A DNA stretch of 64,000 nt from Spirochaetia bacterium (GTDB lineage Bacteria; Spirochaetota; Spirochaetia; DSM-2461), in contig OY764216.1 of assembly GCA_963668315.1 (NCBI GenBank), positions 3,328,001 to 3,392,000 of the forward strand. The letters run 5' to 3'. This document shows, in pieces, positions 30,232 through 41,300 of the stretch (positions within the stretch are counted from its first letter, which is position 1; each line of letters starts with the position of its first letter). Under the pieces are notes generated by a model that was given only the letters and a program-made list of their open reading frames with translations, was not told the DNA's origin and searched no databases. Both the position numbers and the translations under genes were made by a program.

Positions 30232-33200
30232 ATGCTTTTAGAAAAGGTGCATGTAATATTGTCTAAATTAAAAAGTTTAAATTTCTTAATAGTTATTCTG
30301 GTTTCATTTTTTATTTTAAATTTCTCAATTTATGGAGATACAAAATTTATTAGAGGATTTAAATTGCTTGGTCCACTGTATGAGGATCAAAATAGTGATA
30401 TAATTTATATATCCGATCAGAAATATGATGATGGTGAAGTTATTAAGGACTCATTTAAATTTTCATATGCTTATCCCGAAGATGATTGGTGGGAGAATTA
30501 TTGTTATTTAGTTTATAAAGATAATGATGAAGATGGAAAATTTAATGGAGTAGTAGACGTATTTGGATTAGTCGGTAATAAACCTTCAATTGTATTGAAA
30601 GATGAAATAGCAAAGAGTCCAGATGAAGTTATCAGTTTAGTTTCTGTTGATGGTAGTATATGGTATAACCGTAAACTACGAAATAGAGGTAGAAATCACT
30701 CTGCTTCATTAAGTTTGGCAGATTTTAATAAGCAGAATAATAAAGATAATATTTCAATTATTTTTGCAACATATAAATGTACTAGGGATAGTGAACTAAA
30801 TTATATTTCTGATTATGGTTTTTGCTATCAAATCCTTTTTGATGGTGAGTCAGAACTTAAACCCATTCCGAAAATGATATACGATTATAAACCTCCAGTT
30901 ATATCAAATGTATCTTTTTATGATCTAGAAGGACATAATGATAATTCAATTGATAGAGTTTATGCCACAAATAAAAACATGAAGTTGCAATGGACTGCTG
31001 AAGATAGTTATGTTCCAGTTGTCGATTTTACGGTTCAATATAAAACCATAGGTTCTACTAATTGGAATTCTCTCAATACCATTGAAGATTTTATAACTGG
31101 ATTATGTAAGGTAACTTGTGGATGTGCAATTAACTTGGATAATTTACCTGATATAGTTGATGCCGGTGGTGCAGAATTTAAGATAACCGCTTTTGATTAT
31201 TTTGGTAATAAATCTTCATCTATAACTGATGTTATGTATATTGATAAGACTTGGCCAATTATAAGTGAAGAAAATCATAATAATAATTATTCAATCTCTG
31301 GTAATCCTCATGACTTACGATTTAAAACGAATCGTTATTTTACCGTTGTCGATAATGAGAGCGGAATTATAAATGTTCAATGCACACTTGATTATGAAGA
31401 TGTACAATTATCAGATGTTGTATATGAACCAACTGAAGTAAACGGGAATAAGTATAAGTTTACTTATGATAATTTAGTTCCTAATAAGACCTTTAAATTG
31501 AAAATTGAGGCAATAGACAATTATGGAAACGATTCCGTTTATATCACAAATGTATTTGGAGTACCGACTGTACCATATATTTCTAGTAGTACATTGTCAT
31601 GGAACGGAGAAAAATTTATTTTGAGTGGAAATATCCTTTCAAGCGATAAAGGAGAAGAATTAATTGACAGGTTGTCACTTCGTTCAAAGAACAGTCAGAA
31701 TATAATTTATACATTTCCTAAGGATGATGATGGGCACTTCACTAATGATAGCTTTTCAATCCCTATTTCTTTTGATATATCATCCTATTTGCATGGTTTT
31801 TTTGAATTTGATTTAGCCACTACAGTGAATTCAATAAATAAAACATTTATCGATTCATATCAAACTGATGGTCCAATTCCCAATCGTACCCCAGATAAGA
31901 ATTCCGATAATATTTCTTCACTCATTTTTAATAATACAGATAAAGATCTGATTTATTATTCTATCGATAATAATCCAGATTTATATAGTACCCGCTGGCA
32001 ATTATCTAATGAAGGAGTTAAAGCAAAATACTTAAGTCTTGGAACTGAATTATTTCAAGATATGTTTATCAACCCTGATAGTCTGTGCTTTGAAGCATTC
32101 CATGATCTAGATGGTGATGAAGTAAATTTCACTCTTGTTTCAGATTGGCAAGGAAATGAGACAGAACCTTTTGCACTAGGAATTATAACAGAAACGAATG
32201 AGTCAGATTTCTCAAAATCATATCTTCTCCCTCTTCGTTTTTATATGGATACAACATCTCCTCAGTTTAGTGATGTGTTAATCGAAGGAGATGATTTGTA
32301 TGTCTCAAATCAACAACCTGAAAGTATTACTCTTAAGGGTGTTCAGGAAAACTTATCTGGGATACGTCAGATACACTGTTCTCTTTTCTGCGATAATATT
32401 TCTTTAGAAGAGGCTGTAATCACAACGAATATCGCTTTGAATGAGAATAATATTTCATTTCCTTGGCCTTTTAGTCATTCCTTCCCTGAAACAGTTGAGA
32501 AAGAATTTACGCTCCGGTGTTCCATTATGGACGGAGTTGGTCTTTATTCTAATCCCCGTGAAACTGCTTTTATCATAGATAGAAATATCCCTGATATATC
32601 CCAATTGGATAGGACAATATCAGTTGATTCAAACAAATTAATTTATGCTATCTATGATTTAGTAGATAATTCAATTTCCATTGATTACTCTAGGTCTATA
32701 GATGTTTCGGATCATTTCGGCCTAAATTCTTGCTTAATTTCTCCAAATTTTTCTTATGATGAGAATTCAGATATTCAATCGGTAACCCAGATTGTTAATG
32801 AAGACACCATAAAAATTATATTATCCGAAAATTATATTGCTAATAATGCGATACCTCTTAACTTGCTTTTTAAAGATGAATCAGGAAACGAAATCTCTGA
32901 TACATTCTTTGTTTATACTCCTGCAGAAGTTATCTTAGATGATATTAGAGTGTTGAGAACTATTAGCCAGAAATATTCAGCTTTTGATAGTTCTAAGGGT
33001 ATACACCTTTTTCTCGAGAGGAATCCCGAAAAGAATCTAGTAAATTGGTCTTCTTTAGAGATTCAGAGAAGGTCCAGAGATGGAGTTTGGTTCAATCCTT
33101 TTAGCGATAGGTTAAACCCTAAGTACGGTTATTCCGATCGAACAGTTGATAGTCATGGAGAATACCAATATAAGCTTGCCCCCGTAAATGCTTCAGGATA

Positions 33201-36200
33201 TGTTAATACAGAAGGTAGTTTAATTATCCCTGATGATGAAAGTAATAATTTATATTATAAAGTCGGTAACTATATTCCCCTGACGGAGATTGTCGAAAAC
33301 AGCTATACTTCCCGATTGGGAAAAGCCTTTATGGGACCTCTGCCGAGTATCAGCTTCAGTTATGAAAGCTATGACAGGGACGGGGACACTTTAGCAACTC
33401 GATTCATCGTGAGAAACGAGAATACTGATACCATTATTAGTGAAGCGAACGGCTCTGGGCCTCTCTTAGTTATCTCTCTTCCGGGCGAGGAGAAACATTT
33501 TACCGTCAGTGGTGGAGACTTTGATTTTACGGACGGGGTCGATTATCAGCTTGTCCTGAGAACGGAAGACCGTTGGACGGAGGAGGGGAATCCCGATGCT
33601 GTACCCGGCGATGCCTTCGAAGTCATTCAAGATATCCAGTATGATTCGTCCGGTCCCGAACTTGTGCACGATTATATGATCGTAAATGATCGCCGGAAAG
33701 AATGGGGTATGACTCAGCTGAAAGCAAAGGCTCGTGATCTGGGTGTCGGACTCAAAAAAATCTGGGCTGTGTTTACCGGTACGGATGGTGCAAACAAATT
33801 GCTTGATGATAGTAGCGTGACCGTTGGGGATGATGGTAGCACCGATGATAAGGAATATACTTTTGAGATCCCCGAAGGGTTGGGGGCTATCTCTCTCTTC
33901 GGTTCGGACAGATTAGGGAATGAATCCACCCTGAGTTCTGATATCCTGGTTCAGAATGATGAAACAGCTCCTCTTTGGAAGTCTTTATCTCTTGATGATA
34001 CGAGCGCTTCAGGTACCTTCATATCCGGGACCCCCAATGTTAGGGTCAAACTCGAAATTGAAGATGATCTGAGCGGTTTGGACTCCTATACATTTGAATA
34101 TATTCCCTCCGATGACTCTGATCCCATCATTATAACTAAGAAAATCAATAACCATGAAGCATTAAGTCATGTACTAACCTGTGCTCCCAATCGGGGGGAC
34201 ATCGTTGAGGGAATCGAGTACGGATTGTCCCTTACCCTTTATGATCAGGGAGGGAATGCCAGTTTAAAGAGGGTATTGGATAAAAAAATCCTCTTTGATC
34301 TTACCTCTCCTGAATTGACTTTTAATTCCTGGGATTTGGAAAAGTTCGGTGATTTTTATGTCTCCAATATCAGCACAGTCGCTTTTCCCAATCTTACAAT
34401 AGATAATGACTCCGAAGAGAGTGTTTCTTTGGTTTATGAGTTGATTGATGAGAACGGAAATGTCGTTGAACAGTCCGGGAAAATCCATTTTGACATACAG
34501 GGCTATTATCGTTTGAGAATTATAGTCGTCGATATGGCTGGATTGGAAAGCGAAATGGAGCTTCCTGTCCTTTATGACAATCAGGCTCCAACAGATATTT
34601 TGCTTGATGGTTTATGCAATAACAACGGTTACCAGCCTTTGCAGACCGCAGCGATTTCTTTGGCGGCTACTGACAACTACTCCGACGTAAAAGAGTTCGA
34701 TTTAAAGATCAGTGAAGGAACTACGATACTTTTTCAGGATGAGTTGACTTCTTCAGATGCCCTATCCTATGCCCTGATAATTCCTGAAACGGAAGCCGAC
34801 ACTCTTTCTCTTTCCATTACCGCAACTGATGGAGCCGGTAATGTATCTGCTCCCATGGAGAAATCCTTTTCTGTAGCCCCTTCGACAAACCTTCTTGCTA
34901 TTGAGGCACCCCTTTATATTGGTGAGAGAAAGAGTCTTTCCCTTTTCTGGGATTATCTGGGTGACGATGAGATCAGCCACTACAAAGTAGAACTATTCGG
35001 CAACTCCGGTTTTAGTGATTCACCTATTGTTACGAGGGAAGTCCCGACTGAATATATAACCATCTCTGAATCGGAGATGGGGAATCTTTCCGGTTGTGAA
35101 TGGTTATACCTGAGGATTCAGCCGATTAACTCGGACGGATTGTCCCTCGCGGCAACGGTATCTCACCGGATTACCGTTGATCTTGAGAAGCCGGTCATTG
35201 AACGAATTGTCTTTCCCCAAATGATCCGACCTGACAATCTAACTGTTGAATGGAGCGTCTCTGACGATTCACCTCTCAAACCTATTCAGGTTTCTCTGGA
35301 AGAGGTGAGAACCGAAAATGGTAATGTCACCTTTGACTCTCTGGGTTGGTTTGAACTTACAAACACGAAAATGACGGAATCCCGTGACATTTCAGAGCTA
35401 CTTAGTAATCTGGATCAGGACATTCCTGCCGAAGCACTCCGCATCAGAATCCTTGCTATGGACCGGGCAGGCAATTTCTCCGACCGAGTGTCCGGCCTCA
35501 TTCCTATCGATTACACCCCGGCTCCCTCCTATGAGATTCTCGATCAGGGGGATTACATCAATCCAAAGAAGAATGATCTCACTTTCCAGTGGACCTGGGC
35601 TCAAATAGATCCAGAATCAGGGGAAGAAGGATATTATTACCAACTTTCTGCAAATGGTTCCATCGCCCCTGACGGTTGGTCTTATACGACATCGAGGGAA
35701 GTGACATTTCATAAAGATGAATATTCCTATACAGAAGGAGTCGAACTTTTCCTCCTGGTCAAGAGAGACACTATAACGGGACAGGAAAGCATTATGTACA
35801 GCAACGGCATTATTCCCGATACTTCTGCCCCGGTTATTACAGAAGTTCTACTCACTACAGATGAGGAAGGAAATAACGAGTTGAACGATCTTTATTATAC
35901 CGGTGATAGGGATATTTACCTGAAGGTAGATGCAGAGGAGATAGAGTCGGTAGTGACGTCCTATTCGGCAAGAGCCGGATTCCATGATATTGCGACGTTC
36001 TCTCCTCTAGAACAATTCTCATCCCATACCTCAAATATTCTTCGGAAGATACTTCCCGTACCAGAAGAAGATGAAAAGAACAGAGCCATAAGTTATGAAG
36101 TTCAGGCCTACAACGGAGTTGCGCTGGCTTCTCTGCCTTCCTATTCGCGGGGGATACTCTTTAATCCGACTTCTCCGATACTGGATGATGTGCTTTTCAC

Positions 36201-38343
36201 CTATGAGGATGGCACCGCTTATGTGACTTGGTCCGTAGCCCATACTCTACCTTTGGAGCAGCAGATTATTTCCATACATCGGGAAAACGGTGCTGTGATC
36301 AGCTCTCGTATTTTAGATGAAGAGAAAGACGGGAAAAGAACTCTTTCTTTGGAAGGCCTCTCTTTAGGTGATGGTAAATACTATGCTTCTGTAAAAATCA
36401 TCGATAAAGCGGAGAAGGTCAAGGTGCAGAACTCCCCGATGCTTACATTGGACAAAACGGTTCCAACCATCGTGAATCTAAATTATGACAAATTTGTTTA
36501 TGATCGTCTCCGGGCCGAATTCTCATCCAATGAGCCTCTTTCCGAAATACGGTTGGAGATGACGTCCGGAGGGGAAACTCTCTTGGAAGAAGGTCGGGTT
36601 TTTTCAAGTCCCGTATCCTCCTGGCGTTATGAGTTTGATTTGATGACTCTTCCCCTCTGGGCAGAAATGCAAACATGGGGCAGCCGCTTCATTACCTTAC
36701 GAATTTCCGCAAAGGATATGATGGGCAACTGGTGCGACTGGAAAGAGTGTCAAATCGTTTTCGATAACTCCGGACCCTCCGCTCCCGTTGTCTCCCGGGA
36801 CAATTCGCTCATGTGGGGAGCCACATCGGTAACAATGGAACAGCCTCTTGTGGGGGATCAGGTTAAAGTGGAAGATATCTACCTGACATCCCAGGATAAT
36901 GATTCACCCATCGTTGGTTACCAATGGGCCGTTGTGTCTTCGAACCAGAACGAACCATCCGAATCGGAGTGGTCGCCTCTGAGAAATCTGGGAGAAGATT
37001 CCCATATTCTGAATACAGGAGCTGTGAGACTGGATGGGCTCTTCTTAAGTGACAACCAGGCCTTCCATCTGGCCGTTCGAACCCGTAATAAGGCCGGGTT
37101 GTACTCTCCGACTGGGTATTCGGAGCTTTTGATCGCCGATCTCAAGGCTCCCGAATTTATCCTTTCTTCTTCGGAACATCTAACAGTAGATAATGACGGC
37201 GATGAACCGGTCTATGTTTACCAGGGGGAGGGGCAGATAAGTGTTGAGCTGATAGATGAAACCTGTCCCTATGTTATACAGACTCTGACAATTCTTGATC
37301 CGGTGAATCAGATCGCCTATGAAAATGAAACAGGACTTGATAGAGCCGAAGGACCGAATTATGTTTCTGCGTTTAAATTTGATCCTACCGTGACTGGAGT
37401 TCACCGTTTGCAGATTACATTAGAGGACCTTTTCGGAAGAAAGGAGACGAAGAGCCTTCTCATACGGAGTAATCCGCCTCCCTTACTGCAGATTCCGGAA
37501 AATCTGACGGCCCGTCCGGGGGAGCCGTTTGCCCTGTCCTACCAATCCTGGGTGACATCCCTCGAGAGTATCGTTGATATTAGGGTGGAAGGAAGCTCGT
37601 TATCCGCCCCCCTATCGGCCGGTTGGGATGAGGACATCATCCTGCCCGGCATGGTCCATAGCGAGCCGGATGGGCAGGAGACTGTTTTTGCATATACCAT
37701 AACCTATACGGATCAGCTGGGAATCTCCGCTTCAGGAACTTTTAATGTAACCCTGAGGAATAGTTCGGAAGGGACTTTGCTGGTTGATGAAGTCTGGTCA
37801 GGAACGCACTACCTGACTGGAGTCGTCACCATACCTGAAGGGCGAAGCCTCACTATCATGCCCGGGACGAGGGTGCTTTCCCAGGCGGGGGATATCTTTG
37901 GACATGATCAGGCGTTGATCCTGGAATCGGGAGGAATCCTAGCCGTGGGAGTCGGAGCCGAGTTTGATTCGGCATTCGACGGGGAATCATGGGCCGGCAT
38001 AACGGCTCAGAACGGTTTGACTCTCGAAGGGGTATCCATCAGCCATGCACAAAGGGGACTCGTACTTCTCCCCGGGTCTTATACGGTTAGCCTGAAAGAT
38101 TGTACTTTCTCTGATAATACAGTGGGCGTACATGCTTTGAATGACGCCGTTTGGATGGAAAACAGCGCTTTTGAGAATAATCTTCACTATGGGGTGAAAG
38201 AGGATAACGGAGTAAATCCTGTGATGATAGGTAACTTCTTCAGGAATAACGGATTCGATTACTACGATATTGATCTGGCTGCCATCGGGGCATCTCTGAT
38301 TGATACCCTGAATACAGACAATGCGGGAAATACGGGAGAGTAA
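30232..38343 (+). CDS. Giant exported protein with tandem Ig/Fn3-like repeats and a C-terminal right-handed beta-helix
   Basis: N-terminal hydrophobic signal; many D-x-[TS]-x-P linkers and A-x-D-x-x-GN turns; C-terminal WSGTHYLTGVVTIPEG..LTIMPGT..WAGI..FSDNTVGV. Confidence 0.85.
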   Translation: MLLEKVHVILSKLKSLNFLIVILVSFFILNFSIYGDTKFIRGFKLLGPLYEDQNSDIIYISDQKYDDGEVIKDSFKFSYAYPEDDWWENYCYLVYKDNDEDGKFNGVVDVFGLVGNKPSIVLKDEIAKSPDEVISLVSVDGSIWYNRKLRNRGRNHSASLSLADFNKQNNKDNISIIFATYKCTRDSELNYISDYGFCYQILFDGESELKPIPKMIYDYKPPVISNVSFYDLEGHNDNSIDRVYATNKNMKLQWTAEDSYVPVVDFTVQYKTIGSTNWNSLNTIEDFITGLCKVTCGCAINLDNLPDIVDAGGAEFKITAFDYFGNKSSSITDVMYIDKTWPIISEENHNNNYSISGNPHDLRFKTNRYFTVVDNESGIINVQCTLDYEDVQLSDVVYEPTEVNGNKYKFTYDNLVPNKTFKLKIEAIDNYGNDSVYITNVFGVPTVPYISSSTLSWNGEKFILSGNILSSDKGEELIDRLSLRSKNSQNIIYTFPKDDDGHFTNDSFSIPISFDISSYLHGFFEFDLATTVNSINKTFIDSYQTDGPIPNRTPDKNSDNISSLIFNNTDKDLIYYSIDNNPDLYSTRWQLSNEGVKAKYLSLGTELFQDMFINPDSLCFEAFHDLDGDEVNFTLVSDWQGNETEPFALGIITETNESDFSKSYLLPLRFYMDTTSPQFSDVLIEGDDLYVSNQQPESITLKGVQENLSGIRQIHCSLFCDNISLEEAVITTNIALNENNISFPWPFSHSFPETVEKEFTLRCSIMDGVGLYSNPRETAFIIDRNIPDISQLDRTISVDSNKLIYAIYDLVDNSISIDYSRSIDVSDHFGLNSCLISPNFSYDENSDIQSVTQIVNEDTIKIILSENYIANNAIPLNLLFKDESGNEISDTFFVYTPAEVILDDIRVLRTISQKYSAFDSSKGIHLFLERNPEKNLVNWSSLEIQRRSRDGVWFNPFSDRLNPKYGYSDRTVDSHGEYQYKLAPVNASGYVNTEGSLIIPDDESNNLYYKVGNYIPLTEIVENSYTSRLGKAFMGPLPSISFSYESYDRDGDTLATRFIVRNENTDTIISEANGSGPLLVISLPGEEKHFTVSGGDFDFTDGVDYQLVLRTEDRWTEEGNPDAVPGDAFEVIQDIQYDSSGPELVHDYMIVNDRRKEWGMTQLKAKARDLGVGLKKIWAVFTGTDGANKLLDDSSVTVGDDGSTDDKEYTFEIPEGLGAISLFGSDRLGNESTLSSDILVQNDETAPLWKSLSLDDTSASGTFISGTPNVRVKLEIEDDLSGLDSYTFEYIPSDDSDPIIITKKINNHEALSHVLTCAPNRGDIVEGIEYGLSLTLYDQGGNASLKRVLDKKILFDLTSPELTFNSWDLEKFGDFYVSNISTVAFPNLTIDNDSEESVSLVYELIDENGNVVEQSGKIHFDIQGYYRLRIIVVDMAGLESEMELPVLYDNQAPTDILLDGLCNNNGYQPLQTAAISLAATDNYSDVKEFDLKISEGTTILFQDELTSSDALSYALIIPETEADTLSLSITATDGAGNVSAPMEKSFSVAPSTNLLAIEAPLYIGERKSLSLFWDYLGDDEISHYKVELFGNSGFSDSPIVTREVPTEYITISESEMGNLSGCEWLYLRIQPINSDGLSLAATVSHRITVDLEKPVIERIVFPQMIRPDNLTVEWSVSDDSPLKPIQVSLEEVRTENGNVTFDSLGWFELTNTKMTESRDISELLSNLDQDIPAEALRIRILAMDRAGNFSDRVSGLIPIDYTPAPSYEILDQGDYINPKKNDLTFQWTWAQIDPESGEEGYYYQLSANGSIAPDGWSYTTSREVTFHKDEYSYTEGVELFLLVKRDTITGQESIMYSNGIIPDTSAPVITEVLLTTDEEGNNELNDLYYTGDRDIYLKVDAEEIESVVTSYSARAGFHDIATFSPLEQFSSHTSNILRKILPVPEEDEKNRAISYEVQAYNGVALASLPSYSRGILFNPTSPILDDVLFTYEDGTAYVTWSVAHTLPLEQQIISIHRENGAVISSRILDEEKDGKRTLSLEGLSLGDGKYYASVKIIDKAEKVKVQNSPMLTLDKTVPTIVNLNYDKFVYDRLRAEFSSNEPLSEIRLEMTSGGETLLEEGRVFSSPVSSWRYEFDLMTLPLWAEMQTWGSRFITLRISAKDMMGNWCDWKECQIVFDNSGPSAPVVSRDNSLMWGATSVTMEQPLVGDQVKVEDIYLTSQDNDSPIVGYQWAVVSSNQNEPSESEWSPLRNLGEDSHILNTGAVRLDGLFLSDNQAFHLAVRTRNKAGLYSPTGYSELLIADLKAPEFILSSSEHLTVDNDGDEPVYVYQGEGQISVELIDETCPYVIQTLTILDPVNQIAYENETGLDRAEGPNYVSAFKFDPTVTGVHRLQITLEDLFGRKETKSLLIRSNPPPLLQIPENLTARPGEPFALSYQSWVTSLESIVDIRVEGSSLSAPLSAGWDEDIILPGMVHSEPDGQETVFAYTITYTDQLGISASGTFNVTLRNSSEGTLLVDEVWSGTHYLTGVVTIPEGRSLTIMPGTRVLSQAGDIFGHDQALILESGGILAVGVGAEFDSAFDGESWAGITAQNGLTLEGVSISHAQRGLVLLPGSYTVSLKDCTFSDNTVGVHALNDAVWMENSAFENNLHYGVKEDNGVNPVMIGNFFRNNGFDYYDIDLAAIGASLIDTLNTDNAGNTGE

Positions 38344-38347
38344 CAGC

Positions 38348-41300
38348 ATGAATAAGCACATCGTAAAACTGGCAAGTATTATATCTTTCGGTCTCTTCTC
38401 CCTGAATCTTTCTGCACAGAATCTGCCTCAGAATATTCTAGATACGTTGAACAATCAGGCAAACCTTGGTGTCGCCCGGTTATCGGACATGGAGTATTCC
38501 CCCAATATCCAGATCGGGCATCCCGCCGAATATCTTCTCGATGGAAATAGTGATACCTGGTACGGCCTGACGAATATGGCTTCCCAGGGATGGGTGCGTC
38601 TTGTCTTTGAAGAGGAAGTCTACCTGGAAGGTATCAGGGTGAATGGTATCATTCCTGATGATGTCCTTATTAGTCTTGAGACGACAAGAGATATGGAAAG
38701 CGTAACGTTTCCCGCAGGATACATTGTAGATGCCGGTACGGATTATCTGCTGGACCTTTCGAGGGAACGGCTTATTTCAGATAACGTCCTTATCAGGATA
38801 AGCGGATCGGATCTGTCAAAGATTCAGATTAATGAGATAGAACTCATAACAAGGCCTGAGAACGGGGAATTACATAAAAAAGATCTCGTTCCCCGTGAAA
38901 TGACATACTCTAAGAAAGAACTGAATGATAATTACACCATGGTCGACGGTAAAATCGGTACGGTCTGGCATAATCAGAATCGGGGATTCGGCAGTATGAT
39001 CTACTGGCTTTATCAGAATGTTATCCAGGGGCAATTCCACAGCAACGATAAATGGAGAAAGGTCGATGAGATTATCTACGATGTGACCAATCCCGGTTAT
39101 ATGGAAACCTTAAAGTTTTACCTCACCGATTCGGCAAGCGGAACATTAAAACTTGATATCCTTACCGGTGAGGAATGGCAGCCGGTGGGGAATTATCAGT
39201 TAAGCGGCATGCAGGGCTGGCAAAACCTTTCCCTTGAGGAATATGGAGAGATAGGCGCTCTTAAGCTCACCATGGAAGATCCGAGTAAGCCCTGGCAACC
39301 GGGGAATTATGGTGGGATCGGAGAGATTGAGTTATGGGGACGGACCAATCCGGAGAGACTCTACTTAAAGGACTTGATCTCTCCCGCTGCTCCCTACGGA
39401 AATCATGATGCGCTTTTCTCTCTTCCCGATTACGGGACTAGGGATTTCTCCTTTGAAATCGTCACCGCCGGTGCTAATGTCGAGGCACCTCAGGTGTTTC
39501 TGAACGGATATAACCTGAACGATGTCCGGTGTCAGGAGTATGACGGTTTTGACGTCTGGGAAGTTGATGCGCCGGATCATCTCCTGAAGGAAATTGACAA
39601 CAGTCTTAAGCTTGAGCCCTCTTTTGATACAAGAATCCTTTCCGCGCATCTTATCTCTCCCGAAAACAGAGGGCTTCTCATCTCTGAAGGCTCGCTCTCT
39701 GATGGGAGACGCTATTCCGGTCGGGCCACATCAGTCGATCCCATGCTGATTGAGCTTCTCGACGGTCAGGCTGAAATGGAGGAGATCATACTCTACTTTA
39801 ATGAACAGGCACCGGGAAATCTTTATATTCAGGATGGAGGAACAGATCATTATCTTAATCCTATAACGGATTCCAACGGAGAACGCTCCTATGGGGGACG
39901 CGAGTTCCTTGAAAAACTGGGACTTGACGGTTTGTTTGATCTTCAGGAAATCGAAGTTAAGGGTTCACGGAATCAGATAGTGAATCCCTATATTGAGTTG
40001 CTCTTTCCCTTGCAGGATGTCGAATTGCCCCAGCATGTTACCTATCACTACAAAGTCATAGGTATTACCGATGTCCCCGATGGAGAAATCACAGTGAACG
40101 GCATCCCCGCGCAAGTGAGGGATAATTTCTTTTGGGTGGAGATGCGGGACCTTAACATCCGCGAAGCGGGTGAGAACCTTATTGAGGCAAAAGTCAAACA
40201 TCCCAACGGTAACGAAGCTGTTGATAAAGCTTTGATTCATATTGAATCGGATAGCAATAATATTACCATAGATCAGGAGGACCGTCTCTATACAACCATC
40301 GACCCCACATTCCGGATCAGCGGTCGGATCAGCGGTTATGAAAGAGATCTCAGAATTAACGGAGTTCCCCTATCGGTTCCCAATCACCGTCGTTTCTCCT
40401 ATGATTTCCCTTTGGACATGGGTCTTAACCTCATAGAGATAGAATTAATGTCTCTTGACGGGGATCGTGTTCTTGTCAGACAGATGAGGCAGGCTTATCG
40501 CCAGGAGGCGGAACCGAGCCTTTCCATAATCTTTCCGACAGACAGCAGCATGACGAACAAAGATTTCATAGACGTAAGTGGAACTGTCTCTCCCTGGGGG
40601 CTCGAGTCTTTAACCGTTAACGGTTTTGATGCGGCAATAAATAACGGTACCTTTTTCCTGGACTCTTTGCCATTGGATGATGTCATCAAACCTATTCGTG
40701 TTCAGGCCACCTATGAGACTGGCGTGGTTGTGGAGAAAACTGTATGGGTAGAGAAGGATCAGCAGGCTCCCGTCATCTCCGATGTTGCTCCAGCTCCCGG
40801 GACTATGGTTGGTGATTCCCATGTGGAAATTACCGGTACCGTTTCTGAAGAGAACGATGTAACCGTTTTTGTTAATGGAATCGTCGCCCCCGTGACGGGT
40901 AACTGGTTTTCCTTAGTTGTCCCCTTGCCTCTGGGGGGGAATAATGAGATTCGAATAAGCGCTCAGGATGAAGCAGGGAATCATACTGATTGGCCCGTCT
41001 TTATGATTTACAAAGATATTTTCGGACCCTTACCCTTTGATGTAACCGTTACTCCGGCTACCTGGACAAACGATAGACGGCCCGTGATAGAATTTCAGAC
41101 CACCGATGCGGATATCGGTCTGAGAGACTACGCCGTTAGTGTAAACGGGGGGGATTTTGTGACTCAGGAGAGTCCCAATATGCTTCCCTACCTTCCCGAT
41201 GGGAAAATTGAAATAACCGTCAGGGCCTATGACCTTTTCGGCAACTGGACCGATTCCACGGCTTATGCCTTTATTGACACTACCCCGCCGGATGAACCGG

